A DNA stretch of 64,000 bases from a virus (lineage: Duplodnaviria > Caudoviricetes), in the IMG/VR virus record IMGVR_UViG_3300046514_000337, positions 1,423 through 65,422 of that record. One strand, given 5' to 3'. The position numbers and the translations under genes are program-made. Numbering within the stretch: position 1 is the stretch's first letter; each line of letters opens with the position of its first letter. The notes under the pieces are model-generated. The model made no database searches. It was not told the DNA's origin and was given only the letters and a program-made list of their open reading frames with translations. Below, piece after piece: positions 9,180-18,683 of the stretch.

Positions 9180-10869
9180 CCCCCGCCGAGCGCGACATCG
9201 CAACGCTCGTGGTCGAGATGGCCTTCACGACGGCTTCTCTCGATCGGAGAACCCCCGAATTTCGCGCCGCGTTTCAGCGCCTCAACGCGGCGCTCTATCC
9301 GGCTCCGCCAAGGTGCCCGCTATGCGGCGACGCCGGATGCGACGGCAGAGTTGTCGATTGTCCTATGGGGCTCGTTGAGCCATGACCCGAAAGCGGCTGT
9401 TTCTTAACGATTGGAAAGAGAGGGACGCCTTCGCGCAGTTCGATAAGTTTGTGGCGCAGCACAACGTCACGGTCCTAGCGTCCCAGTACTACCGAATACC
9501 CGAAAGGCTGTGCGTCTGGGTTGAGTACGAAGTGGAACCCGAGTGGCCAGCGTATGCGACCGATGCGGGCTGGTGGCCTGTTCCTGGCACACCGGAAGAC
9601 GCCGCCATAAACGCTGAGATACGAAAGGAAGCAGGGCTGTGACCCCCACTGAGCGCATCGCCCTCCTCAAAGCCGCCGTGCGCTTCGTTCAACTAGTTCA
9701 TGTGCCAGAAATGCGCGGGGCCGATGGCTTCAGTATTCGTGCAGGATATCTGCTCGCACTTGCTGAAGATGGCAGCATGTGGACTGGCGAGGAACACGGT
9801 TACGGTCCCTGGGTATGCACTCGCACCATCGCCGACCGCCTCCGCGCGCCAGAGGGCGAGGCAGTGGGTGGGGCGCAAGCGCCTCCATACGCTGCCGTGA
9901 ACGAGGCGTTCGACGCTGCGCGCGGGTCACATCCAACACTTCGCGCGGTAATGGCGGAACGCACGGCGCAATCGCCCCCGGCCGAGCCGAGCGAGGAGAC
10001 GCTGCGCGAACTGGCCGTGCTATGGTGGTCCAGGCTGTTGTTTTCCGATCTACAACGCACCGGAGAACTGTTCGACAAGTTAGACAAATCTCGATGCGAT
10101 GCGTGGATCGACGCCGCCCTCGCCGCCTGGCGCTTCTACCGCGAGCGCATGGGCAGCGCCCCACCATTGTCGGTCGCGACGGGGCCAACACAGGAGCAAA
10201 TCGCGGAGATCATCGAGCGGGAGCGTGCGACGGTTGAGCAGATGATCTCGGCGATCATCCAGCGCTGGCAGGGCATGCCTCTGACTACTGGCGAGATTTC
10301 GGATGGGGCGGCCTGCGCGATCGTCGCCCTCTTGCTCGACAAGGCCGCCCCGCCGATCCCCGCCGATCTGATCGAGCGCGCGCGGAAGATCGAGGCGCGA
10401 TGGCGGCTCGGCCCCTACGACCACAACGCCGACATCACCGACCTGGTGCGGGATATTGCCGCTCTCGGTGCGGGCGGGGGAGAGGCGTGATGAAACCCGC
10501 TGAGCGCGCGCTGTTGCTGGAACTGGCCCGCGTCATCGAGGGAATACTCGTCGAGCGAGGCCCCGCGGCGGATGCTCCCCGGCTCGTGCTGGCGGGCTTG
10601 CGCGCGGCCGTCGAGCGGGAAGAATGAGCGCTGAGATGGAAGCATGGCGGTGCCCGCATTGCGGCCATCCTGTGTTATCCCCGACGGCGCAGCTTGAACT
10701 TGATTATGCAAAGCGAGAGGCCCCAAAGCGCGGTGGGTTTATCTGGGAGGGAGCGCGCGAAGCATACGAGGCGGGAACCTACAAGGACGAAGTTCTGGAC
10801 GAGCTTCTCGCTGCTGGCGCTATCGTGGCTCACCCCCTGAAGGGCTGGATGATTTCGCAGCGGTTTTGA
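9176..10869 (+). CDS. five coupled hypothetical early ORFs (9176-9385, 9382-9642, 9639-10490, ~10490-10627, 10624-10869)
   Basis: Stop/start overlaps; these end the rightward operon. Confidence 0.65.
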
Positions 10870-10928
10870 GCGCTACCGTGATATCTCCAGCACCAGCACA
10901 CCCCGCGCCACGTTGAGTGATAGGATGC

Positions 10929-11825
10929 TCAGCCGGCGAGCACGGCATTCCGAAACGCGGTTGCACCCGGCCTCGGACTGCCGTCGTTGTTAAACAGGCC
11001 CCACGGTCCAGACCGATCATCGTAAAGCCCGTAATAGATCAGGCCCGCGTTGCCTGCCTTCTTAGATGCGGCGACTGCCCGGGTGACATACTCGCCCGCG
11101 AGTTCCGGTGTGATCGAAGCGCCGCCAGTGCCGATCGGGTAGCCGAACTCCGTGTGGATCACCGACCGCTGCGGCGCCCCCATTTTCGCCAGATCAGTGA
11201 AGCGCGCGATGTCGCTTTCCGGCGGATCACCGTTCTGCGGATAGGTATGGGCATTGCCGAAATTGCAGTAAGCGGACTGGTCTCCGATGTTGGGGTAGTT
11301 CCCTTGATATAGCGGCGGGAACCAGTTGGCCCCGACGCTCAGATTGTTGACCAGCACCCTTGCTGCCTGGCCCGCCGTCCACACATGCGGCTGAAAGCTC
11401 TTTGCCCAGTCGAGAGTCATTCCTTGGCTCGTGGCGTAACTGCCGTCGGGCTCATTGCAGCCAGAAATGTGGGAAATGATCTTCGCCGCGGCGAGTTGCG
11501 GCACTAGCGCGAGCGCCTGCTGGCACAGAGCGGGCGACCCACTTGGCAGATAGTCGATGAACTTCGCGCCCGTGGCGCTGGCTACCTGTTGCCACACGGG
11601 GATGATCGCCGCATCCGAGCAACTGTCGCGGATGAACTTCACGCCGAGATACTGGAGCGCCTTGATGGTCTGCGGGATGTTCGAATATCCGCCGTCCGAC
11701 CAGCCGAGATGCGCATTCACACCCAGGACAAAGCCGCTTGGCGTCGGCGTCGGCGGAATCGGCGGCACAGTAGCCGCGCCGACAATGCTGATCGTATCAC
11801 CCGGGCGGACAATGATGGTGGTCAT
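10929..11825 (-). CDS. clan GH-A (beta/alpha)8 glycoside hydrolase (GH5/GH39-like)
   Basis: GVNAH, NEPD (acid/base), NAHTYP, TEFGY (nucleophile), YGLYD...WGLF; start trimmed to MTTII. Confidence 0.8.
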   Translation of the reverse strand: MTTIIVRPGDTISIVGAATVPPIPPTPTPSGFVLGVNAHLGWSDGGYSNIPQTIKALQYLGVKFIRDSCSDAAIIPVWQQVASATGAKFIDYLPSGSPALCQQALALVPQLAAAKIISHISGCNEPDGSYATSQGMTLDWAKSFQPHVWTAGQAARVLVNNLSVGANWFPPLYQGNYPNIGDQSAYCNFGNAHTYPQNGDPPESDIARFTDLAKMGAPQRSVIHTEFGYPIGTGGASITPELAGEYVTRAVAASKKAGNAGLIYYGLYDDRSGPWGLFNNDGSPRPGATAFRNAVLAG

Positions 11826-11833
11826 GGCTGTAG

Positions 11834-12013
11834 CTATCGAAGCAGAGGTCCGTGTCCAAATGCGCCGAACAAAAGGTAGGCAATAAAGCACGCGAAAGCT
11901 AGCCAACCCAGATGCACCCTAACATACCACGGGGCTGGTGCTGGCGCGGCCGTGAAGATCGCCGCACAGACCGCAAAGACGAAGCTGAAGACAAGAATGA
12001 TCTCGCCGGACAT
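11834..12013 (-). CDS. 59-aa two-TM membrane protein
   Basis: Manual translation MSGEIILVFSFVFAVCAAIF...HLGWLAFACFIAYLLFG; below the ORF-track cutoff. Confidence 0.6.
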   Translation of the reverse strand: MSGEIILVFSFVFAVCAAIFTAAPAPAPWYVRVHLGWLAFACFIAYLLFGAFGHGPLLR

Positions 12014-12118
12014 GTCAGAAGCCTTCCCTATAGACGGTCCGTTACCAAAACCAGAGGAGCCAGTAAACGACGCTGAGAACCTCCGCTATCAGCCCCTCTG
12101 GAATGAGCGACTCAGACT

Positions 12119-12604
12119 TTAGGCTTTCCGGCACTCGCAAACAACAAAGTCCACATCGCCGCCCACGTTGGCTTCGAGCTTTCCGCTAATAACTACGCTC
12201 GCCGTCCCCGCAGGATACTTGATGTCGTAGACGAGCGTGTTGATGATCCCGATGTTGTTTTCCTTCTCGACCATAACGCTTGAGCCAGGCCCGGTCTTAG
12301 TCCCGCCGGGGACAGTCTTCACGAACAGGGCGGCGAGGCCACTAAGGGCCTTCTGGTGGAAGTCGGCATGGAGCTGGGTGATGCCACCAGGGTACGTCAC
12401 CGTGACGCCCCACTCGTAGGCGGCCGAGCCAACGAAGCTGCCCTGGAAAGTGAAGCGATTGGGGGCCAGCAGGAACGTCGTAACGGCGTCGACCGGCCAG
12501 TTGCTCGAAAAAGTCCAATTATCGTAGGTCATCGAGTCAATGGACACCGAGTCCCCGACGAGCTTACTGGCGGCGATGTGCCCTCCGGCTGCAAAGTTGA
12601 GCAT
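12119..12604 (-). CDS. hypothetical beta-rich protein
   Basis: SD GGAGA before MLNFAAGG; typical codon usage. Confidence 0.6.
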   Translation of the reverse strand: MLNFAAGGHIAASKLVGDSVSIDSMTYDNWTFSSNWPVDAVTTFLLAPNRFTFQGSFVGSAAYEWGVTVTYPGGITQLHADFHQKALSGLAALFVKTVPGGTKTGPGSSVMVEKENNIGIINTLVYDIKYPAGTASVVISGKLEANVGGDVDFVVCECRKA

Positions 12605-12654
12605 TTTATTTCTCCATAAGCGGTTGATCGGCACGGCACGGCACGCTCAGAAAT

Positions 12655-12807
12655 CTATAGCCGTCCCACCAACAGCAACACGACGACAATTACGAGGATC
12701 AGCCCGAGCCCACCGCCATAGTAGTGGCCGTACCCGCCGCTGTAGAGACCGACCGGGAAACCTCCCAGGAGGAGCACGAGCAGCAGGACGACTAAAACTA
12801 GGCCCAT
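12655..12807 (-). CDS. DUF3309-like small membrane protein (50 aa)
   Basis: Manual translation MGLVLVVLLLVLLLGGFPVGLYSGGYGHYYGGGLGLILVIVVVLLLVGRL. Confidence 0.8.
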   Translation of the reverse strand: MGLVLVVLLLVLLLGGFPVGLYSGGYGHYYGGGLGLILVIVVVLLLVGRL

Positions 12808-12811
12808 ACCC

Positions 12812-12964
12812 CTACCTCCACGTCGTCGCGAGAACCGCCGCCACGACGGCGACGATCGCTACCGCCCAGAGCCCGGCGAAAAAATACCGCACGGATGATG
12901 GAACGCGCGGGCGGCGAGACTGTTCCGTGTCGGGCTTCCACCGACTGCCGCCTGTTCTCTCCAT
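12812..12964 (-). CDS. 50-aa single-TM protein
   Basis: Manual translation ending YFFAGLWAVAIVAVVAAVLATTWR. Confidence 0.45.
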   Translation of the reverse strand: MERTGGSRWKPDTEQSRRPRVPSSVRYFFAGLWAVAIVAVVAAVLATTWR

Positions 12965-13057
12965 GCTCACCAGGCGTCTCTCGCGCGCTCACCGGCCGGG
13001 GATTGCGCGCAATCAAGCAACGATGGCCCGCAAGAGCGGAAAGCGCGCCGTCAGGCC

Positions 13058-13243
13058 CTACGCCGTTCCTGCCTGCGCGGCCACCTTGGCGTCGAGCGCG
13101 GCCTTCGTAACGCCCAGTGCGTCGAGATCGGCATCGGTAAATTGGACGCCAGAGAACTCCTTTTGGATCAGCGGAATGAGCCCGGCGATCAGCGGCTCAA
13201 GTTGGGCAGCTAACTCAAGGGCGGCGATCAGTGCTGCGGACAT
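13058..13243 (-). CDS. small amphipathic protein (lysis-module associated)
   Basis: ORF with SD directly after the lipoprotein gene. Confidence 0.6.
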   Translation of the reverse strand: MSAALIAALELAAQLEPLIAGLIPLIQKEFSGVQFTDADLDALGVTKAALDAKVAAQAGTA

Positions 13244-13246
13244 GGC

Positions 13247-13618
13247 TCAGTTCCCTTTCTTCACGGCAATATTGTTGGCGCCCAGCGCGGCTATCAGCGC
13301 GTTGATCGCGGTCTGCGCCGCTGCCTGCTCAGCCACCGCGTTGCCGGTTTTGCTCACCGCAGCGAACTTGTCCAGCGCAGCCGACGCTGCCAGACGCGTT
13401 GGCTCGATGGCGGCGATCTGGGCCTTCGTCACCTTGCCTGCCGTGAGCGCGCCCAGGTAGGCGGTATCGGCGGCGATGTAGGCGCCGAGGAGCCCAGCGG
13501 CCACCTGCTCGGCGGCGTTGGTGGTGGGCGTGCTGCCGGGCTGCACGTTGGCGACGGGCGTGCCGCAGGCGGTGAGGCCCAGCGTGAGGGCCGCGGCGAG
13601 GGCGAGGAGGCGGTTCAT
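13247..13618 (-). CDS. lipoprotein (spanin-like candidate)
   Basis: MNRLLALAAALTLGLTA-C lipobox; helical Ala-rich body. Confidence 0.75.
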   Translation of the reverse strand: MNRLLALAAALTLGLTACGTPVANVQPGSTPTTNAAEQVAAGLLGAYIAADTAYLGALTAGKVTKAQIAAIEPTRLAASAALDKFAAVSKTGNAVAEQAAAQTAINALIAALGANNIAVKKGN

Positions 13619-13791
13619 GCTGTTTGCTCCTGATAATCTCGTTCGTCGTTGTCGGTGAACTGCTCGGCGATCAGAGACATGGAATGCGCCCACAGCACGG
13701 CCTTCTGGATAGAGCGCCGCGCCTCGGCATCTTCCAGTGCGGCGGCAAGGAGGTCCGTGAACCACTGATCTTGCTCCACCTGGTCGAGCAT
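13615..13791 (-). CDS. hypothetical protein
   Basis: MLDQVEQ..., coupled at both ends. Confidence 0.5.
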   Translation of the reverse strand: MLDQVEQDQWFTDLLAAALEDAEARRSIQKAVLWAHSMSLIAEQFTDNDERDYQEQTA

Positions 13792-14249
13792 CACGCCGCG
13801 GCCTTCGCCACCGCAGGTACAGCTGCTACCTGTGCCGGGCTCGCGCCTTTGCTGAAGAAGCCGGCGATCGGGCTGGTGGTGACGTACCGCATGACATACG
13901 CCGCCACAGCAGTGCCCACGAGTGCCCCAGCGCCGCTCACCAGGTTGATGGTGTCCTGCGTCCAGCAGGAGGCCGTGGCGGTTGCCGCAGCGCTGCATGC
14001 AAGCCCGTAGTGCGGGATTGCCCAACCCAGCACGAGGCCGATGACGGTGCCCAGAGGCGTCTTGCTGGCGATCAACGCTTTCCCTTCAATGGAAGCCGCC
14101 AGCGCTGGGTCAACCACCTGCAGGCGGTTCACAAGGTCGGGGAGATCCCTCGCTGCTGCAACAGCCGCCGTCACCGGGGCCGTAGCGTGGGCCGCCGTAA
14201 CCGTGCTGAACGGCGCGGGGCTGTCGGGCGTGGTGGTGGTGGCGCTCAT
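13791..14249 (-). CDS. two-TM membrane protein (holin candidate)
   Basis: SKT motif followed by two hydrophobic helices with an intervening Cys pair. Confidence 0.55.
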   Translation of the reverse strand: MSATTTTPDSPAPFSTVTAAHATAPVTAAVAAARDLPDLVNRLQVVDPALAASIEGKALIASKTPLGTVIGLVLGWAIPHYGLACSAAATATASCWTQDTINLVSGAGALVGTAVAAYVMRYVTTSPIAGFFSKGASPAQVAAVPAVAKAAA

Positions 14250-14268
14250 TGAGGACAGGATCTCCGTT

Positions 14269-14556
14269 TCAGCTAATTTCGTCCCGCTCCGGGCGTTCCG
14301 CGGGCCAGTAGCCAGCGGACGGAGGCGAGATGCCCGCTAGTCCCACCCAGGCCGACCTCGGGTGCACTTGCGCCCCCCGGCGGAGGCCCCGCTTTATTTC
14401 CTTCGATTGGATTTGCGCAAGTGACCGCGTAAGGATGCGCGCGCTAGTCCTGGCACTGTTCCCGCGCCTATGGTTTGCGTCGAGCACCACAAGATCGTCG
14501 AGGGACCAAGCGCGATACCCACGCTTAGGTAAGTCGTGGCTAGTGATAGCGCTCAT
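14269..14556 (-). CDS. small HTH-like protein
   Basis: WSLDDL...G.S....ARIL.RS...I..K...GL pattern. Confidence 0.45.
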   Translation of the reverse strand: MSAITSHDLPKRGYRAWSLDDLVVLDANHRRGNSARTSARILTRSLAQIQSKEIKRGLRRGAQVHPRSAWVGLAGISPPSAGYWPAERPERDEIS

Positions 14557-14602
14557 GTGGCGCGTCTCCGTTTCGGCGAGTTTACCACTTTCACACGTCG
14601 TG

Positions 14603-14818
14603 TCATAGTCCGCTCGCGCTCCGTGCGCACGGCCTGTGCGCTGGCACCGGCTCAAGCACCCATCCTTTGTCCGTGCAGTACCGACGCACGTAGGCGATCG
14701 GCTTGCCGGACATCCACTTGATGATCGGCGCGGCCATGGTGACACAGCCATCCTGCGCGACGAACAGGCCGGCGCAGAAATGGCGCGCGGTGATGCGATA
14801 GAGCATATCGGGCATCAT
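14603..14818 (-). CDS. hypothetical protein
   Basis: RITARHFCAGL...AAPIIKWM.GK...YC..KGW; flanked by a 28-bp direct repeat. Confidence 0.65.
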   Translation of the reverse strand: MMPDMLYRITARHFCAGLFVAQDGCVTMAAPIIKWMSGKPIAYVRRYCTDKGWVLEPVPAHRPCARSASGL

Positions 14819-14842
14819 AGTCCGCTCGCGCTCCGTGCGCAC
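14603..14842. repeat. 28-bp perfect direct repeat TCATAGTCCGCTCGCGCTCCGTGCGCAC (14603-14630, 14815-14842)
   Basis: Read directly; both adjacent ORFs end in CARSASGL. Confidence 0.95.
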
Positions 14843-15330
14843 TTCACCTCGCCACCCCAGAAGCAGACATAGGCGCGGCCATCGGGAGGATCGCCATCGG
14901 CCTTCGTCTCCAGCCACACGCGCTCGCTAATCTGCCGCCAATCGTCAGGAGCGTTCGGCCCGAACTGGTCCTTGCCGATCCACGCCCAGCGCGTGCCATC
15001 GTCATTGAATTGGAGCGCGGTGCGCCGGCAGTCCCATGAGCTACAACACAGGCGTCCGTCAGGCGCTGTCAGCGTACGTATCCATCGCGCGATCGGCGAG
15101 TTTGGATCAGCACCCGGCGGCGGCGCGGCCAACGCATCCGTGACGAGCGCCATCTCCACCCCCAGGCACCAAGCGGAGATTGCGACACACACGGCTAGTG
15201 CGAGGATTGCGAGGATGTCGGCGGCACGAGAGGTCCCACGGCCAGTATCAGGTCTTCGTGTCCGAGCGGACGATGGTGGCGTGGGAGCCACGACGCCGCG
15301 GCAATAGCACGTTTGCGGGGGCAGCCGCAA
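14815..15330 (-). CDS. exported or membrane-anchored Cys-rich protein
   Basis: Hydrophobic segment followed by CCSSWDC...YVC...VKC; start uncertain. Confidence 0.65.
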   Translation of the reverse strand: MRLPPQTCYCRGVVAPTPPSSARTRRPDTGRGTSRAADILAILALAVCVAISAWCLGVEMALVTDALAAPPPGADPNSPIARWIRTLTAPDGRLCCSSWDCRRTALQFNDDGTRWAWIGKDQFGPNAPDDWRQISERVWLETKADGDPPDGRAYVCFWGGEVKCARSASGL

Positions 15331-15342
15331 TGAGGATCGGCG

Positions 15343-15618
15343 TCACTTCTCGTGCGGCGAAGCGAACATTGTAGCGCGCTCTAGCGCACCCACGCGCTTC
15401 AACAGATCGTCCACGTTGCGCATCACGACCTGCTGCCGTTCCGCCATGATCTGCCCAGGAGCACTCCCATTCCGCCGCAGGTCATCGACCTGCCGTTCGA
15501 GCATATCTTCCCTGTCAACCTGCCGTCCAACCAGGAAAGCCATCAGCAATGCCTGGCCAACGATAACGATGATCGCCCCGACGTAGACACTGCTGATGCG
15601 GATTTCAGAGCCGGACAT
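15343..15618 (-). CDS. N-terminal TM plus coiled-coil protein (holin-like candidate)
   Basis: One TM segment followed by heptads. Confidence 0.6.
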   Translation of the reverse strand: MSGSEIRISSVYVGAIIVIVGQALLMAFLVGRQVDREDMLERQVDDLRRNGSAPGQIMAERQQVVMRNVDDLLKRVGALERATMFASPHEK

Positions 15619-15640
15619 GCTCGCCCTGGCCCCGGCGCAA

Positions 15641-16354
15641 TCACGGTTTCGGCGCGGCTACGATCGCCCCAGCAGCAGCTGGTGCAGGCAGATAGACTAC
15701 CTGCGGAGTTGCCCCCGGGCGTTGCCCAAACACCAATGGTGCCAGCCCGATCGCTATCGAGACAAGAACCCCCGCGATCAACAGAGCCTGCCCCACCTCA
15801 GCACGATGGTCGACTCGCGTGTCACGCGCGCCAGAAACGCCGCCCTCACCGCGGTTCAGCCGTCCCTCCAGGTTGCGAACGTCCGACTGGAATATCTGCT
15901 TCAAACTCTCGATCTTTTCATTGAGCGACTGCAATTCCTTGGTCGTCGAACCCTCGCTCTTGGTGATCGCGGCGCTGTTGCTCAGGTTCTGGGCGATGTT
16001 CAGCTTCTCTTGCGCTGCAAAGGCGGCTGCCACGGCTGTAGCGGCGGCGATCTTGTCCTCGCGGAAGGCGATCTTCAGCCCCTCGATGCGTTCGTTCGTC
16101 AGCTCCGCCAAGGCGTCCAGCCGCCCCTGGGAAAGCTCCCTCGCATGTCTGATCGAGGCACTGGCGGCAGTGTTGACTGCTTCAAGTTTTACCGAGATTG
16201 TTTCACGATGCGCCTCGGTGTTTTCCTTTGTGCTGGCAAGGACATCGCTAATCGCCTTTTCCATCTCGCGCTTTAGCTTCGCGATCTCGCGCGAGGTGAT
16301 CTCAGTCGGGTCCGGAATCGGGATTGTGGACTGAACGGTTCGCGTCTCAGACAT
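15641..16354 (-). CDS. coiled-coil protein with C-terminal TM
   Basis: Long heptad region followed by ALLIAGVLVSIAIGLAPLVF. Confidence 0.7.
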   Translation of the reverse strand: MSETRTVQSTIPIPDPTEITSREIAKLKREMEKAISDVLASTKENTEAHRETISVKLEAVNTAASASIRHARELSQGRLDALAELTNERIEGLKIAFREDKIAAATAVAAAFAAQEKLNIAQNLSNSAAITKSEGSTTKELQSLNEKIESLKQIFQSDVRNLEGRLNRGEGGVSGARDTRVDHRAEVGQALLIAGVLVSIAIGLAPLVFGQRPGATPQVVYLPAPAAAGAIVAAPKP

Positions 16355-16587
16355 GAGGTTTCTCCCTGCCCCACTCAGCCGTCATGGCCTCCTCGTCAAA
16401 CTCCAGATCCGGCTTGATTTCCTTCAGCACCCCCACCACGAAGCGCAGCCCCCGCTCGCAGCGAAGGTGGTGATCCATGCACTCGTCGAGCCGCCGGCTC
16501 AGCGCCTCCATCCGCTCGTGCAGTATGTCGTCGCTCATCGTGATCGCATCGTCAAATAATAAACGTCGGCGTCGATTTTTTTGAGCT

Positions 16588-17514
16588 TCACGGACGCTGC
16601 CACAGGCTAAAGTTCTTAGCCTGCAACGCCGAAGCAACGTAGGCATTCAGCATAAAAAAGAAATGGTACGTGTCGGCCAACGAGTAGTTCCCCCCCGCCG
16701 AATAACTGGTCGATGCCGTATTCACCCCGTTGAAGAACCAATCCGCCAGGCCCGTTCCGTGGTTCAGGTTCGACGTGACCAACCGCATGCCGTAAGAGTT
16801 CCACCCAGTAGCGCCAGACGATCCAGCCATAACCGAGGATAAATCGTTTACGACGTTGGTATCGCCGGTGTTGATGCCGCTTTGGAATGTCTGATCGTGG
16901 AAGGAACCGGACAGATGCGATCCGTAATATTCCATCGCATCAAACTCGATGTTGTGCTGCACCGACGGGCCAGAGCCGCCGGTCACAAACTCGGTAGTTA
17001 CCGCCCAGAAAGCTGGCCACCACGAACTACCCCCCGGAATGCCAGGCGGCCCAGCCGATCCTTTGGTAAAGCTGTAAGAAATCTCGGCGTAAAACCCGCC
17101 CTGGATCGCGGTGCCGACATACCCCGAACCGCCATCGGTGCGGATGGTTGACAGCTGCTGAGCGTCCCAAGAGTTGTCGCCGAGGAGACTGATCTGGCCG
17201 CTGGAAAGCGTAAACGACGAGGAGGACTGTGGTCCCGGAGAGTTCTGCCAGCCAGAAATCTGTGCGCACTGCGGCCACGTATTGTGGAGGTACCATTGGA
17301 AGCCGCTGGCTCCGGTATCGTTGAGGTCGATCGTGCTCAGGCTAGTCATTGGGTCGAACGCGACCAGCTTCGTATATCCCCACTGGGCCGCTGCCGCCGG
17401 AATGGCAACTGGGGGTGATCCTCGCAGATTCGCAGCAGCCCGCGTGATGATGGCTGGCGCGGCCAGCGCCGATGCCGTCGCGATCAACCTCCGCCGTGGG
17501 ATAAAGAGTGTCAT
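16588..17514 (-). CDS. GH16-family glycoside hydrolase with Tat signal peptide
   Basis: PRRRLI...AAA twin-arginine leader; WWPAFW and EFDAME (ExDxxE) motifs. Confidence 0.75.
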   Translation of the reverse strand: MTLFIPRRRLIATASALAAPAIITRAAANLRGSPPVAIPAAAAQWGYTKLVAFDPMTSLSTIDLNDTGASGFQWYLHNTWPQCAQISGWQNSPGPQSSSSFTLSSGQISLLGDNSWDAQQLSTIRTDGGSGYVGTAIQGGFYAEISYSFTKGSAGPPGIPGGSSWWPAFWAVTTEFVTGGSGPSVQHNIEFDAMEYYGSHLSGSFHDQTFQSGINTGDTNVVNDLSSVMAGSSGATGWNSYGMRLVTSNLNHGTGLADWFFNGVNTASTSYSAGGNYSLADTYHFFFMLNAYVASALQAKNFSLWQRP

Positions 17515-18683
17515 GGTGTGGCGTAGTAGTCTTGCGCGCTGGTGCGATACGCGGCCCGGTCTCCACTACTCATTGCCCCGGTCGCCTCGAAAAACTCCCC
17601 CTCATAGCCTATGCCCACAGTGGAAGAAGAATCACTAATCTGGATCGGTCCTGCGGGATCGGCAAAACCAAAGGTTGTTCCGGCGTTAAGACTGCTGGTC
17701 AGCACGCCATCGACATTGGCGGACGAAGACGCGCCGTTAAACACCACCGACACAGCGTGAACCGTATTATCAGTCGACGTAAAATTACCCGAAGCGGCCC
17801 CAGCGAAAAGGTGCCTTGAATTTGTGCCGGTGCCGAAGATACCAAACCCATGCGACACGAAAACGTCGATACTAGCTAGAGCGTTATCCGAGTACGCCCC
17901 GCCAATGGTGGTTGGTTGTGCGTCTCCGCTGGCCGGATTTGCGCTGGCCATATAGCGCTGGCCGCTGCCCCCGGTGTAAAAGTTGACGCACGGCAGAGTA
18001 GTGTTGATGCAATTAAACGACAGCAGCGGAATTAAGCCCGCGCCAGTTTGCACAAGGTCCGGAAACGAAGCGGCAACCTGGTTATATTGCCGCGTCACAT
18101 TGCACGTCGTTGCAGCGCAGAACGTCGCTGCCCCGGCCGTGTCGAAGTTGCCCGTATTGAGGATGTTGAACGTCTGCGTAGTGCTGTCGGACGCCCGCTT
18201 AATGTCACACGCCTTGTTTGTCCCCGTGGAATAGGCGGCGCTCACACCACGCGCGCAGCTAACGAAATAATGGATCGTCGCAGCCACCGCATCCGCCGGC
18301 AACGCGATCGACGTAAAGATGCCGGAGGTTCCGGAAGCACTCGTATTGTTGTGGTCGCGCACGCTGACAGTATGATTGCCTGTCGGTGCAGCAGGGGCAG
18401 TTGTTGTGAACGAGAATGAGCCGCCGCCAATTGTAGGGCTACTAACCGGATTGTAGCCTCCCGCGTCGAACTCAACATCAATGGCGGTGACGGTGCCGGT
18501 GTAGGTGCCTGAGACCGTCATCTGTGCGCCCGCGTTCGGGTTTGCTGGCGTGGCGACGGTGACGCCTGTTCCGCCGCCGCCGCCAAGCGCACCGCCGGCA
18601 CCGAGCAGGAGCATATCGGCTTGCGCCGATGCCGAGGCCAGAAGCAAAACTCCGGCAAGGAGAGATGCGCGCACAGTCGTCAT
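17511..18683 (-). CDS. secreted protein: Ig-like domain plus ConA/AbfB(GH54)-catalytic-like domain
   Basis: Signal ...LLLASASAQA; SAAYS...ACDIKRASD...FCAATTCNV..YNQ. Confidence 0.65.
   Translation of the reverse strand: MTTVRASLLAGVLLLASASAQADMLLLGAGGALGGGGGTGVTVATPANPNAGAQMTVSGTYTGTVTAIDVEFDAGGYNPVSSPTIGGGSFSFTTTAPAAPTGNHTVSVRDHNNTSASGTSGIFTSIALPADAVAATIHYFVSCARGVSAAYSTGTNKACDIKRASDSTTQTFNILNTGNFDTAGAATFCAATTCNVTRQYNQVAASFPDLVQTGAGLIPLLSFNCINTTLPCVNFYTGGSGQRYMASANPASGDAQPTTIGGAYSDNALASIDVFVSHGFGIFGTGTNSRHLFAGAASGNFTSTDNTVHAVSVVFNGASSSANVDGVLTSSLNAGTTFGFADPAGPIQISDSSSTVGIGYEGEFFEATGAMSSGDRAAYRTSAQDYYATP

Noticed and set aside
16199-16210. TGTTTCACGATG resembling parS
   Set aside because: Only a half site; the second arm does not match
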